From Acidobacteriota bacterium (lineage in GTDB: Bacteria > Acidobacteriota > Vicinamibacteria > Vicinamibacterales > UBA2999), in assembly GCA_021730945.1 (NCBI GenBank), contig JAKFYH010000005.1, positions 34-64,033 on the forward strand: a stretch of 64,000 nt of DNA, in the 5' to 3' direction. The translations under genes and the position numbers were made by a program. This document shows positions 1 to 9,300 of this stretch, in pieces. How positions within the stretch are numbered: the first letter of the stretch is position 1; every line of letters begins with the position of its first letter. Under the pieces are notes generated by a model that saw only the letters and a list, made by a program, of their open reading frames with translations, made no database searches and had not been told where the DNA came from.

Positions 1-36
1 AGGGCACTGCTTGTCGGGAAGGCACTTCGCGTCGGG
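1..36. repeat. Two units of an 18-nt repeat, inverted relative to the 249-338 array; the array may continue left of the window
   Basis: nt 1-18 agggcactgcttgtcggg is the exact reverse complement of nt 303-320. nt 19-36 matches the same unit at about 14/18. Confidence 0.75.
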
Positions 37-122
37 ACCGTTCCTGCCGGAGGCTCCTCCCGACGGGGAGTGTCAGAGATGTTGTGTGCGAGGCGTCGTT
101 GACAGACGATCGGGATCCTTCA

Positions 123-248
123 GTGGCTCCGTTCTCTCAACACCGGAGGCACCCACTCGAGTGGACGCGCCTGCCACGCGCCAATCTCCGCCGTCACGGT
201 ATCGGTCACGGTGCTGATGAAATCGGCTGATACCTCGGTTGCGGACAT
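123..248 (-). pseudogene. IS256/Mutator-family transposase fragment (42 codons, no catalytic region)
   Basis: Minus-strand translation MSATEVSADFISTVTDTVTAEIGAWQARPLEWVPPVL resembles the conserved xVTDxVxxExxxWQxRPLxxVYPVV block of IS256-family transposases (from memory). It stops after 42 codons. Confidence 0.4.
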
Positions 249-338
249 CTCCGCGAGCAGCACCCTCCCGACAAGCAGCACCCTCCCGACAAGCAGCACC
301 CTCCCGACAAGCAGTGCCCTCCCGTCAAGAAGTCCCCC
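249..338. repeat. 18-bp tandem repeat, about 5 units (consensus cccgacaagcagcaccct)
   Basis: Units at 267-284 and 285-302 are identical, 303-320 has 2 changes, and 249-266 and 321-338 are degenerate (about 13-14/18). Confidence 0.9.
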
Positions 339-345
339 CGGCGGA

Positions 346-351
346 TATAAT
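346..351 (+). promoter_or_regulatory. -10-like TATAAT, 7 nt before the acd ATG (possible leaderless mRNA)
   Basis: Perfect TATAAT in a high-GC background. No Shine-Dalgarno sequence between it and ATG 359. Confidence 0.35.
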
Positions 352-358
352 CGAGCTA

Positions 359-1501
359 ATGAACTTCCGCCTGAGCGACGAGCAGGAGCTGCTTCGCAAG
401 TCTGTCCGTGAGTTTGCCGAGACCGAAATGGGCCCACATGTCATGGAGTGGGACAACGCACAGCACTTCCCTCATGAGTTGCTGCCCAAACTCGCCGAGC
501 TGGGGCTCATGGGCATCCAGTTTCCCGAGCAGCTCGGCGGCGCCGGCATGAGCGCGGTGGACTACTGCATTTGCATCGAGGAACTGGCCCGCGTCGACCC
601 CAGCTTGTCGCTGTCGGTGGCCGCGCACAACGGGCTTGGCGCCGCGCACATCTCCAAATTTGGCAACGACGCACAAAAACAGCGGTTTCTGGTGCCGCTG
701 GCGCAGGGCAAGACGCTCGCCGCCTGGGGGCTGACCGAGCCGGGCTCGGGCAGCGACGCGGCGGCCATGCGAACGACCGCGGTGGCCGACGCGGACGAGT
801 TCGTCCTGAACGGCTCGAAGGCGTTTATTACCCACGGGACTTCGGCCCACACGATGGTGGTCATGGCCGTCACCGACAAGGCCCGGGGCCCCAAGGGGAT
901 TTCGGCGTTCATCGTCGAACGGGGAGCGCCGGGACTGCTGGCCGGCAAGAAGGAAGACAAGCTTGGCATGCGCGCGAGCGAGACGGCGGAAGTGATTTTT
1001 CAAAATTGCCGGATTCCTTCCGCCAACCTGATCGGCGAGTTGCACCAGGGTTTCATCCAGACGCTGCAAGTCCTCGATGCCGGCCGCATCGGCATTGCGG
1101 CTCTCGCGGTGGGACTGGCCCAGGGCGCCCTTGAGGCCAGTGTCGCCTACACGGGCCAGCGCAAGCAGTTTGGCCGCGCGATCAGCGCGTTTCCCGCCAT
1201 CGCGGAACGGCTCTCAGCCCATGCCTCGCGGGTCGAGGCGGCGCGCCTGCTGACCTATCGCGCGGCCTGGCTCAAGGACCAGGGCCGCGGCATGACACTC
1301 GAGTCGGCCATGGCCAAGCTGTATGCCAGCGAGATTGCGGTTCGCGCGGCGGAGGACTGCGTCCAGATGCACGGCGGCTACGGATTCGTGAAGGATTACC
1401 CGGCCGAGAAGTTCTTCCGCGACGTCAAGCTGCTGACCATCGGTGAAGGCACCAGCGAGGTGCAGCGCCTGGTTATTGCCCGCCAGCTCCTGGCCGCCTG
1501 A
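359..1501 (+). CDS. Acyl-CoA dehydrogenase
   Basis: MNFRLSDEQELLRKSVREFAE... is a typical ACAD N-terminus, with C-terminal QMHGGYGF...EGTSEVQR. ATG 359 is preferred over TTG 239, whose extension only translates the 18-nt repeat. Confidence 0.9.
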   Translation: MNFRLSDEQELLRKSVREFAETEMGPHVMEWDNAQHFPHELLPKLAELGLMGIQFPEQLGGAGMSAVDYCICIEELARVDPSLSLSVAAHNGLGAAHISKFGNDAQKQRFLVPLAQGKTLAAWGLTEPGSGSDAAAMRTTAVADADEFVLNGSKAFITHGTSAHTMVVMAVTDKARGPKGISAFIVERGAPGLLAGKKEDKLGMRASETAEVIFQNCRIPSANLIGELHQGFIQTLQVLDAGRIGIAALAVGLAQGALEASVAYTGQRKQFGRAISAFPAIAERLSAHASRVEAARLLTYRAAWLKDQGRGMTLESAMAKLYASEIAVRAAEDCVQMHGGYGFVKDYPAEKFFRDVKLLTIGEGTSEVQRLVIARQLLAA

Positions 1502-1502
1502 G

Positions 1503-2462
1503 GTGACGGTGCTTCCTTCCCTGGCCGAGCGCGTTCGGGCCGGCGATGTCCGGGCCATCGCCCGCGCCATTTCGCTGATCGAAGACGAGGCCGAGTCGGC
1601 GGCCGGCCTGGTCCGCGACATCTTTCCCCACACCGGTCAGACCTACCTGGTCGGCGTCACCGGGCCGCCGGGGGCGGGGAAGAGTACGCTGGTGGACCGG
1701 CTGACCACCGTCACGCGCGCGGCCGACGAAACCGTCGGGGTCATCTGTGTCGATCCGACCAGTCCGTTCACGGGCGGCGCCATCCTCGGCGATCGCCTGC
1801 GCATGCAGGCGCACGCCCACGACGAACAGGTGTTCATCCGCAGCATGGCGACGCGTGGGCACATGGGTGGGCTGGCCCGGGCGACCAGCGATGCCGCGCT
1901 GGTGCTCGATGCCGCCGGCAAGTCGCTGGTGATCATCGAGACGGTCGGCGTCGGCCAGGATGAAGTGGATATTGTCCGCACGGCGGACATCTCGATCGTG
2001 GTCCTGGTGCCGGGGACCGGTGACGATGTGCAGGCGCTCAAGGCCGGGATCATGGAGATTGCCGACATCTTTGTGGTCAACAAGTGCGACCGCGACGGCG
2101 CCGACCGCATGGTGACATCGATCGAATCGAACCTGGCGTTGCAGGCCTACGGCGACGGCCAGTGGCGGCCGCCGATCGTCAAGACCGAGGCCACCACCGG
2201 CCACGGCGTCGCCGAGCTGTGGGCGACCGTGCAGCAGTTCCGGGCCCACTCGCAGAGCGCGCGGACGCGGCGCCTGAAGGCCCGCAACGAATTTCGCCTG
2301 CGCGACTTGCTGACCCATCGCTTCATGGAGATGGTCGAACGCGATTTGCTCGCCGCCGGCGAGTTCGACGCCCTGGTCGCGCGCATCGCCGCCAGGGAAG
2401 TCGACCCGTACACCGCCGCGTCGGAGATCCTGTCGCGCGCGCTCAAGTCCAGGACGAAATGA
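1503..2462 (+). CDS. meaB: Methylmalonyl-CoA mutase-associated GTPase (MeaB/ArgK family)
   Basis: P-loop GVTGPPGAGKSTL, ETVGVGQDE, NKCD. GTG 1503 lies just after the acd stop; start is approximate. Confidence 0.88.
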   Translation: MTVLPSLAERVRAGDVRAIARAISLIEDEAESAAGLVRDIFPHTGQTYLVGVTGPPGAGKSTLVDRLTTVTRAADETVGVICVDPTSPFTGGAILGDRLRMQAHAHDEQVFIRSMATRGHMGGLARATSDAALVLDAAGKSLVIIETVGVGQDEVDIVRTADISIVVLVPGTGDDVQALKAGIMEIADIFVVNKCDRDGADRMVTSIESNLALQAYGDGQWRPPIVKTEATTGHGVAELWATVQQFRAHSQSARTRRLKARNEFRLRDLLTHRFMEMVERDLLAAGEFDALVARIAAREVDPYTAASEILSRALKSRTK

Positions 2463-3724
2463 AAGCCATCCTCGATCACATCGGCATCGCGGTCAGCGAC
2501 CTGCCGGCATCACTCGCGTTCTTTCGCGACTCGCTGGGCCTGCACCTGGAGACCAGCGAGGAGATTGCCTCCCAGAAGGTGCGCGCCCATTTCCTGTCGA
2601 CCGGCCGTTCCTCGCTCGAGCTGCTCGAGGCCACGGCCAGCGATTCACCAATCGCCCGGTATCTCGACAAGCGCGGCCCAGGCATTCATCACCTGGCGCT
2701 TCGGGTGGACGACATCGAGGCGGCCCTGGCGCACCTCAAGGCCCGCGGCGTGCGCCTGATCGATGAGCGCCCCCGGCCGGGTGCCGAGGGCGCGCTGGTG
2801 GCCTTCATTCATCCGTCGGCGGCGCACGGCGTGCTGGTGGAACTCAAGCAGCCGGCGCCCGCCGTGCCGCTGTTTCGCACCGTGGCGCGCCATGGGCTCG
2901 GCGACCTGGAACTGGTCACGCTGTCGGATGGGTTCATCCATCTCGACGGTGGCGCCATGTTCGGCGTGGTGCCGCGTGCGTTGTGGGAGAAGCGCCTGCC
3001 GCCTGACGATGCCAACCGCATCCCGCTGGGGATGCGGCCGCTGATCGTGCGGGGCGCGCAGACGCTGCTGATCGATGCCGGCTGTGGCGACAAGATGGAC
3101 GCCCGCAGCGCGGCCATCTATGGCCTCGATCGCCGCTATCACCTCGACCACGCGCTGGCCGAGGCCGGGCTCGCCGTCGACGACATCGACATCGTCCTGG
3201 CCAGTCACCTGCACTTTGATCACGTTGGCGGATTCACGGCGAGGGCAGCCAATGGCGCGATCGTGCCGCGCTTCCCCAAGGCGCGTTACGTGGCGCACCG
3301 CGGGGAGTGGGAAGACGCCACGCATCCGCACGAGCGGAACCGGGCGAGTTACCTGCAGGAGAACTTCGTGCCGCTCCGGGAGGCCGGAGTCCTGACGCTG
3401 GTGGAAGAAGGCGCCGAGGTCATGCCCGGTGTGCGTTTCCGGTGGTCGGGCGGCCACACGCCGAATCACCAGGTGGTGATGATCGAGTCGGGAGGCAAGA
3501 CCGCCGTGTTCACGGCGGATATGTATCCGACCAGCGTGCACATCCCTGACGCATGGGGTATGGGCTACGATCTCTACCCGATGGATACCCTGGCCTTCAA
3601 GCGGGCGTTCGCCGCCGAAGCCATCGCGCGCGAGTACCTGCTGTTCTTCGAGCACGATCCCTCGATGGCGGCCGGTTACTTGCGCGAGTCGGCAGGCAAG
3701 CGGGTCGTCGAGCGGGTCATTTGA
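2459..3724 (+). CDS. Methylmalonyl-CoA epimerase (VOC/glyoxalase domain) fused in frame to an MBL-fold metallo-hydrolase
   Basis: The N-terminal ~132 aa ([12 protein letters not shown]...GIHHLAL...GVLVELKQ) are MCE-like. From about aa 150 ([23 protein letters not shown]...[12 protein letters not shown]) the sequence is beta-lactamase fold with HxHxDH. No stop between the two; ATGA overlap with meaB. Confidence 0.8.
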   Translation: MKAILDHIGIAVSDLPASLAFFRDSLGLHLETSEEIASQKVRAHFLSTGRSSLELLEATASDSPIARYLDKRGPGIHHLALRVDDIEAALAHLKARGVRLIDERPRPGAEGALVAFIHPSAAHGVLVELKQPAPAVPLFRTVARHGLGDLELVTLSDGFIHLDGGAMFGVVPRALWEKRLPPDDANRIPLGMRPLIVRGAQTLLIDAGCGDKMDARSAAIYGLDRRYHLDHALAEAGLAVDDIDIVLASHLHFDHVGGFTARAANGAIVPRFPKARYVAHRGEWEDATHPHERNRASYLQENFVPLREAGVLTLVEEGAEVMPGVRFRWSGGHTPNHQVVMIESGGKTAVFTADMYPTSVHIPDAWGMGYDLYPMDTLAFKRAFAAEAIAREYLLFFEHDPSMAAGYLRESAGKRVVERVI

Positions 3725-4596
3725 TGGAGAGCGCAATGCCGGTGCGGATTGGAATCATTGGTGGCAGCGGCCTGTACGACATGGCCGAGCTCACGGACCG
3801 CGAGGAGCGGGTGTTGACCACGCCGTTTGGCGAGCCGTCCGGGCCGTTTGTCCTGGCCACGCTGCGCGGCAAGCGGGTCGCGTTTCTCGCCCGCCATGGC
3901 GCTGGCCACCGGCTGACGCCGACCGAATTGAACTATCGCGCCAACATCTTCGGCATGAAGATGCTGGGTGTCGAGTGGATCGTGTCGGCGAGTGCGGTGG
4001 GAAGCCTGCAGGAGCAGTATCGGCCGATGGACCTGGTGTTTCCCGACCAGTTCATCGATCGCACGCGCAGCCGCATCAGCACGTTCTTCGGCGACGGCCT
4101 GGTCGCCCACGTCGGCTTCGCGCACCCGCTCAGCCATCACCTCTCCACGCTGGCGGCTGACTGCGCGGCGGCGGTGGGGGCGCGCGTGCATCGCGGCGGC
4201 ACCTACGTCTGCATGGAGGGTCCGCAGTTCTCCACCCTCGCCGAGTCGCGGCTGTACCGGACGTGGGGCGCCGACGTCATTGGCATGACCAACCTGCAGG
4301 AAGCCAAGCTGGCGCGCGAGGCCGAGATCGCCTACTCGACCATGGCGCTGGTGACCGACTACGACTGCTGGCACCCCGAGCACGACTCGGTGACGGTGGA
4401 GATGATCATCAACAACCTGACCGAGAACGCGCGGACGGCGCAGCAGGTCATTGCCCGGGTGGTCGAGACGCTCGACGCCGGCGTCCGCGATCCCGCGCAT
4501 AGCGCGCTGGCGACCGCCATCATCACCCGTCCCGACGCGATTCCCGAGACCACCCGGCGCGCTCTTGCGCCCATTATCGGCAAGTACATCAAATGA
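3724..4596 (+). CDS. mtnP: S-methyl-5'-thioadenosine phosphorylase (PNP family 2)
   Basis: [15 protein letters not shown]...FLARHG..H...P..NYRANI...GMT. ATG 3724 overlaps the upstream stop; ATG 3736 is an alternative. Confidence 0.88.
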   Translation: MESAMPVRIGIIGGSGLYDMAELTDREERVLTTPFGEPSGPFVLATLRGKRVAFLARHGAGHRLTPTELNYRANIFGMKMLGVEWIVSASAVGSLQEQYRPMDLVFPDQFIDRTRSRISTFFGDGLVAHVGFAHPLSHHLSTLAADCAAAVGARVHRGGTYVCMEGPQFSTLAESRLYRTWGADVIGMTNLQEAKLAREAEIAYSTMALVTDYDCWHPEHDSVTVEMIINNLTENARTAQQVIARVVETLDAGVRDPAHSALATAIITRPDAIPETTRRALAPIIGKYIK

Positions 4597-5534
4597 AACT
4601 CATCGTGACCGGCTCGATCGCGTTCGACTACCTGATGTCGTTCCCTGGCAAGTTCACCGAGCACTTCCTGCCCGAGCATATGCACCGGGTGTCGCTCAGC
4701 TTCCTGGTCGACACCATGGACAAGCGTCGCGGCGGATGCGCTCCGAACATCGCCTACACCTTGGCCCTGCTCGGCGAGCGTCCGTGCCTGATGGCCACTG
4801 CCGGCCAGGACGTTGGTGACTACAAGATCTGGATGGAAGCGGCCAACATCGACACGTCGCTGCTGAAGGTGATCGACGGCAAGTTCTGCGCCTCTTTCTT
4901 CTGCAGCACAGACGAGGCCAGCAATCAGATCGCCTCGTTCTACACCGGGGCCATGGCCAATGCCGGCGAGTTGTCGTTCCGCGGGATCCCGGGGCTGGAG
5001 AGCGGCCTGGTGATCATCTCGCCGAACGATCCGGGCGCGATGGTCCAGTACGCGGAGGAGTGCGCCGCGATCGGCCTGCAGTACATCTGGGATCCGGGAC
5101 AGCAGTGCGCCCGCATGGAGGGCGACCAGTTGACCGACGGCGTCAAGGGCGCGTTCATGGTGATCTGCAACGACTACGAGTTGGAGCTGATCCGCCAAAA
5201 GACCGGGATGGGCGAAGCGGAGATCCTGGCCCACGTGCCGCTGCTGGTCGTCACCAAAGGCGAGAAGGGCTGCACCATTCACACCCGTGACGGCGTCACT
5301 GACGTCGCGGCGGTGGCGCCGAACCGCCTGGCCGATCCCACCGGCGTGGGCGACGCTTTCCGTGGCGGCTTCATGAAGGGGCTGGCCATGGGCGTGTCGT
5401 TCCAAGTGTGCGCCCAGCTGGGCAGTGTCGCCGCAACCTATGCGCTTGAGCACCTGGGCGGCACCTCCCATGCGTATACTTGGAAGGAATTTACCGAGCG
5501 CTACGAACAGCATTTCGGCGCGCTGAAGGCATAA
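4593..5534 (+). CDS. PfkB-family carbohydrate/adenosine kinase
   Basis: [15 protein letters not shown]...GGCAPNIAY and the PfkB signature [17 protein letters not shown] overlap with mtnP. Confidence 0.82.
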   Translation: MKLIVTGSIAFDYLMSFPGKFTEHFLPEHMHRVSLSFLVDTMDKRRGGCAPNIAYTLALLGERPCLMATAGQDVGDYKIWMEAANIDTSLLKVIDGKFCASFFCSTDEASNQIASFYTGAMANAGELSFRGIPGLESGLVIISPNDPGAMVQYAEECAAIGLQYIWDPGQQCARMEGDQLTDGVKGAFMVICNDYELELIRQKTGMGEAEILAHVPLLVVTKGEKGCTIHTRDGVTDVAAVAPNRLADPTGVGDAFRGGFMKGLAMGVSFQVCAQLGSVAATYALEHLGGTSHAYTWKEFTERYEQHFGALKA

Positions 5535-5538
5535 CACC

Positions 5539-5946
5539 ATGATGAACGCGATCACCGCCGTTGCCGCCGCCCTTGCCCTGACCGTTGGGCTTGCCGCCCT
5601 TCACGCGCAGGCGCCGCAGAAAACCACCAACAGCGCCGTCTTTACCGCGGCGCAGGCCGAACGGGGCAAGACGACCTTTGGCGAAAAGTGCAGCGCCTGC
5701 CATGACCCGGCCCGATTTACCGGGGCGCCGTTCTTTGACGCATTCGGCGACAAGGCGCTCAAGGAAGTCTGGGACATTGCCAGCGGCACCATGCCCGAAG
5801 ACAACCCGGGCAGCCTGAAGCCGCAGGAGTATGGCGACGTGATTGCCTACTTCCTGCACTTGAACGAGTTCCCGGCCGGCGACGCCGAGTTGCCGGGCAA
5901 TGCCGGCGCGATGGCCAACATCAAGATCGAGAAGCCGAAGAAATGA
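5539..5946 (+). CDS. Secreted mono-haem c-type cytochrome
   Basis: Signal peptide, CSACH haem motif, and a distal Met in TMPEDNPGSL. Confidence 0.8.
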   Translation: MMNAITAVAAALALTVGLAALHAQAPQKTTNSAVFTAAQAERGKTTFGEKCSACHDPARFTGAPFFDAFGDKALKEVWDIASGTMPEDNPGSLKPQEYGDVIAYFLHLNEFPAGDAELPGNAGAMANIKIEKPKK

Positions 5947-6368
5947 CCCGCCTTCGCGCCCGCGGTTCGTCGGTGGGACTGGCGCTTGGTGGTGCCCTGC
6001 TGGTAACGGTGCTGTCGCCGGCGATGAGCGGCCAGGGCCAGCGATCGGTGAAGGCCGGCGTGTACACCGCGGCGCAGGCCGATCGCGGGCAGGAACTGTT
6101 CCGCAGCAAGTGCGCCAGTTGCCACGCGCCCAATCGATTCACCGATGACTTCTTTTACATCAGCTTCGCGGGCAAGCCCATGTGGGAAATGTTCGACGTC
6201 ATCAGCGACACGATGCCGGAAGACAACCCGGGCAGCATGAAGCCGGAGGAGTATGTCGATGTGATGGCGTACCTGTTGAAGCTGAACGCGTTTCCGGCCG
6301 GCGAGAGCGAACTGCCGACCGGAAAAGACGGGCTGAGCGCGATCCTGATGGAGAAGCCCGGCTCCTAG
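5943..6368 (+). CDS. Secreted mono-haem c-type cytochrome (tandem paralog)
   Basis: CASCH motif and TMPEDNPGSM. Roughly half the residues are identical to the upstream gene. ATGA overlap. Confidence 0.8.
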   Translation: MTRLRARGSSVGLALGGALLVTVLSPAMSGQGQRSVKAGVYTAAQADRGQELFRSKCASCHAPNRFTDDFFYISFAGKPMWEMFDVISDTMPEDNPGSMKPEEYVDVMAYLLKLNAFPAGESELPTGKDGLSAILMEKPGS

Positions 6369-9300
6369 GACGAGACGCCGGCGGCGACCTTCGCGCGGGC
6401 GGCGGCGGTGATGCGCGCGTATTTCGCCTGCATCAGCAGCCACTCGGTCTGCAGCAGGCGGACCTGCGCGTCGTTGAGCTCCGCCGAGGTGATGACGCCG
6501 TTCTCGTACGACACCTGCGCGATCGACACACTCTCGCGCGCCAGTTCCAGCGCCTTCTCCTGCGTGGCCACTACTTCCGCCGACGATTCGAGCGCCGTCC
6601 AGGCCGACTCCAGTTCCAGCCGGGCATTCTCGGTGGCGTAGCGCAAGCCGTGATCGGCCTGCCGCGCCTGAGACTGCGCCACGCTGCGGCGGGCCGCCGC
6701 ACCAGGGGCGGCCAACAGCGGCACGCTCAGGCTCAGCCCGAAGGTGTAGCTCTGGTTGTCGCGGGAGAGGAAGTTGTTCAGCCCATCCTGCTGATATTGC
6801 ATGTTGCCGGTGAACCCCAGGCTGGGCTTCCACTCGCTGTGCGCCAGGTTCGACGCGTACTCGGCAGCCTGGCGCCTGGCGGCGAATGCCTGAAGGTCGG
6901 GCCGCCTGGGCAGCTCGCTGTCGAGCACCAGACGCGTCTGGTTAATCACGGGCTCATCCAGCGAGCCTTCCAACTTCAACGCCTGGGTCTGGGGCATGGA
7001 CAAGACGCCGCGCAACGCCTGTAGCGAAATATCCACCTGTGCCCGGGCCTGGATGCGCCGGGCCCGGGCGTTGGCCAGTTCGACCTCCGCCTGCAGCACG
7101 TCGAGCCGCGCCACGGTGCCGGCGTCGAAGCGGGTCTTGGCCAGTTCGAGTTGGCGCGCGGTCAGCCGCACCTGCTCGTCGGCAACCGATACGCCGCGTT
7201 CGTTCATCAGCGCCGCATAGAACGTCTCGACGACCCGGTACTCGATTTCCTGCCGCGTGCGGTCAAGCTCCAGCTTCGTGGCGTCGAGCGAGGCGGTGGT
7301 GATGCCGTAGGCATGGTTCAGCCGCCCGCCGGTGTAGATCGGCTGGTGGATGTTGATCTGCAGGCTGTTCTCACGGCTGAAGGCCGCCTGAAACGTCTGC
7401 TCTTCGGGGCCGAAGACGCCGGCCGGAATCCGGATCACCGGGAAGCGTTGCGATGGCAGATAGCTGAAGCCGAGGTTCACCTGCGGCAGGAAAGCCGTCT
7501 TGGCTTCCTGCACCCGTGCCTCGGTCTCCACCACCTTTTCGCCGGCGATCTTCAGGCCCTCGTTGGCCGTGAGCGCCCGCTCGCGCGCCTGGGTGAACGA
7601 CAGCGTGATCACGCCGGATGATGCCGGCGTGGCCTCCTGGGCGAACGCCGTCGTGGTGGACAGCAGCCAGCCCATGATGGCCACCATCAGCACCACACCG
7701 GCGACGCGAACCGCGTGCGGCACGCCGGTCGCCGGCTGGGTCCGCCACGCCTTCACCCGCTCAACGATTCGGGCCAGCAGCAGGTAGGCCACCGGTACGA
7801 CGACCAGCGTCAGCAGGGTTGAGGTGATCAGGCCGCCGATGGTCGCGATCGAGATCGGCGAACGGAAGTCGCTGCCTTCACCGCTGCCCATCGCCGACGG
7901 CAGCATGCCAAGAATCATCGCGATGGTCGTCATCAGGATCGGCCGCAGGCGAATGGGCCCGGCCTTCAGGATGGCGTCCTTCACGGCCATGCCCTCGCGC
8001 ACGTATTGGTTGGTCAGGTCCACCAGCAGAATGGCGTTCTTGGTGACCAGCCCCATCAGCATCACCACGCCAATCATCGCCGGCATGCCGAGGTTCTTGC
8101 CGGTCAGCAGGATCGCCAGCAGCGCGCCGACCAGCGCCAGCGGCAGAGAAATCATGATCAGGAACGGCTCGAGGAACGACTCGAACTGCGACGCCAGGAC
8201 AATGTAGATGAAGGCGATTGCCAGGAGCAGAGCCAGGCCCATCGCTTCGGCCGATTCCTGCATCATCTCGACATCGCCGGCGAAGCCCCACTCGAATCCC
8301 GGTGGCATCGGGATGCCGGCCATCACCTTCGCCACGTCGTTGGTGACGTCGCCGAGTGGACGATCGGCCAGCTCGATGCCGATCTTGGCCTGCCGCACCC
8401 GCTGCTCGCGGTCGATGCTGGTCGGGCCAATCTCCGGCTCGAGGCTGACGACATCACGGGTGCGAACCACGGCGCCGGTCGGTGCGTAGAGCGGGGTCCG
8501 GGCGATTGCCGCGAAATCGTTGCGGAACGCCGGTGCCAGTCGCACGCGGATGTCGTACTCCTTGTCGTCCTCGCGCAGGCGCGTCGGCACGACGCCCTCG
8601 ACCATCCCCCGCAACTGCATGGCGATGGAGGCGACGTCGAATCCCATGTCGGCGGCCAGTTCGCGATTGACGCGGGCCGCCATCTCGGGCTGCCCGCTTT
8701 CAAGCGAGCTGTCGACGTCGACCGCGCCGGGTACCGCCTTCACCTTGGCGACGATCTCTTCGTTCAGTCGCTGCAGTTCGGCCATGTCATCGCCACGCAC
8801 GAAGACGTTCAGCGGCGCCTCGGCCGGCGCCCCCTGCATGAACTCCGGATCCGCCACGGTCATCTTGAGCATGGGAATGGCGGCGAGCCGCGTCCGCATG
8901 TCGGCCTTGAGCGCCAGGAGACCGCGCTCGCGTTCGTGTTTCTTGCCGGCCTTCACTCGCAGCGCGGCCTTCAACGGGTTGCCCTCGACGCCGACGGTCG
9001 AGAAGATCTGGCGCACTTCCGGCATCGCCGCCACCGTGCGCTCAACGTCAGCGACGTAGTCCACCGTCCGCTCGAACGAGGTGCCGGGCGGCACTTCGAC
9101 ATTGACCATGAACTCGCCACGGTCTTCCACCGGGACGAACTCGGTGCCGATGATCGTCAGCGTCGACATGCTGGCGAAGAACACCACGGTCGCGGTGGCG
9201 ACAATCTTCCACGGGTGCTCGATCGCCCAGCCCAGCAACCGGTGATAGCGCTGGTCGATGCGATCGTAGAAGTGCCCCCAGCGCTCGAGGAACCGGCCGG

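Noticed and set aside
249-338. Whether any of the tandem repeats (18-mers here, or the 7-10-mers at gene junctions) could be CRISPR arrays.
   Set aside because: The repeats are directly adjacent with no unique spacers, the units are far too short, and no cas genes are present.
239-358. TTG 239 as the start of acyl-CoA dehydrogenase (420-aa version).
   Set aside because: The 40-residue extension is only the translation of the 18-nt tandem repeat (AAPSRQ x4). ATG 359 gives a standard ACAD N-terminus.
2084-2458. 5' extension of the epimerase ORF (546-aa version). Similar extensions occur at 3553, 20201, 36098, 45486, 48849, 60969 and 13479.
   Set aside because: The extensions overlap the preceding well-supported genes in another frame and are Arg/Pro/Gly-rich. 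The internal starts give canonical N-termini and stop/start overlaps.
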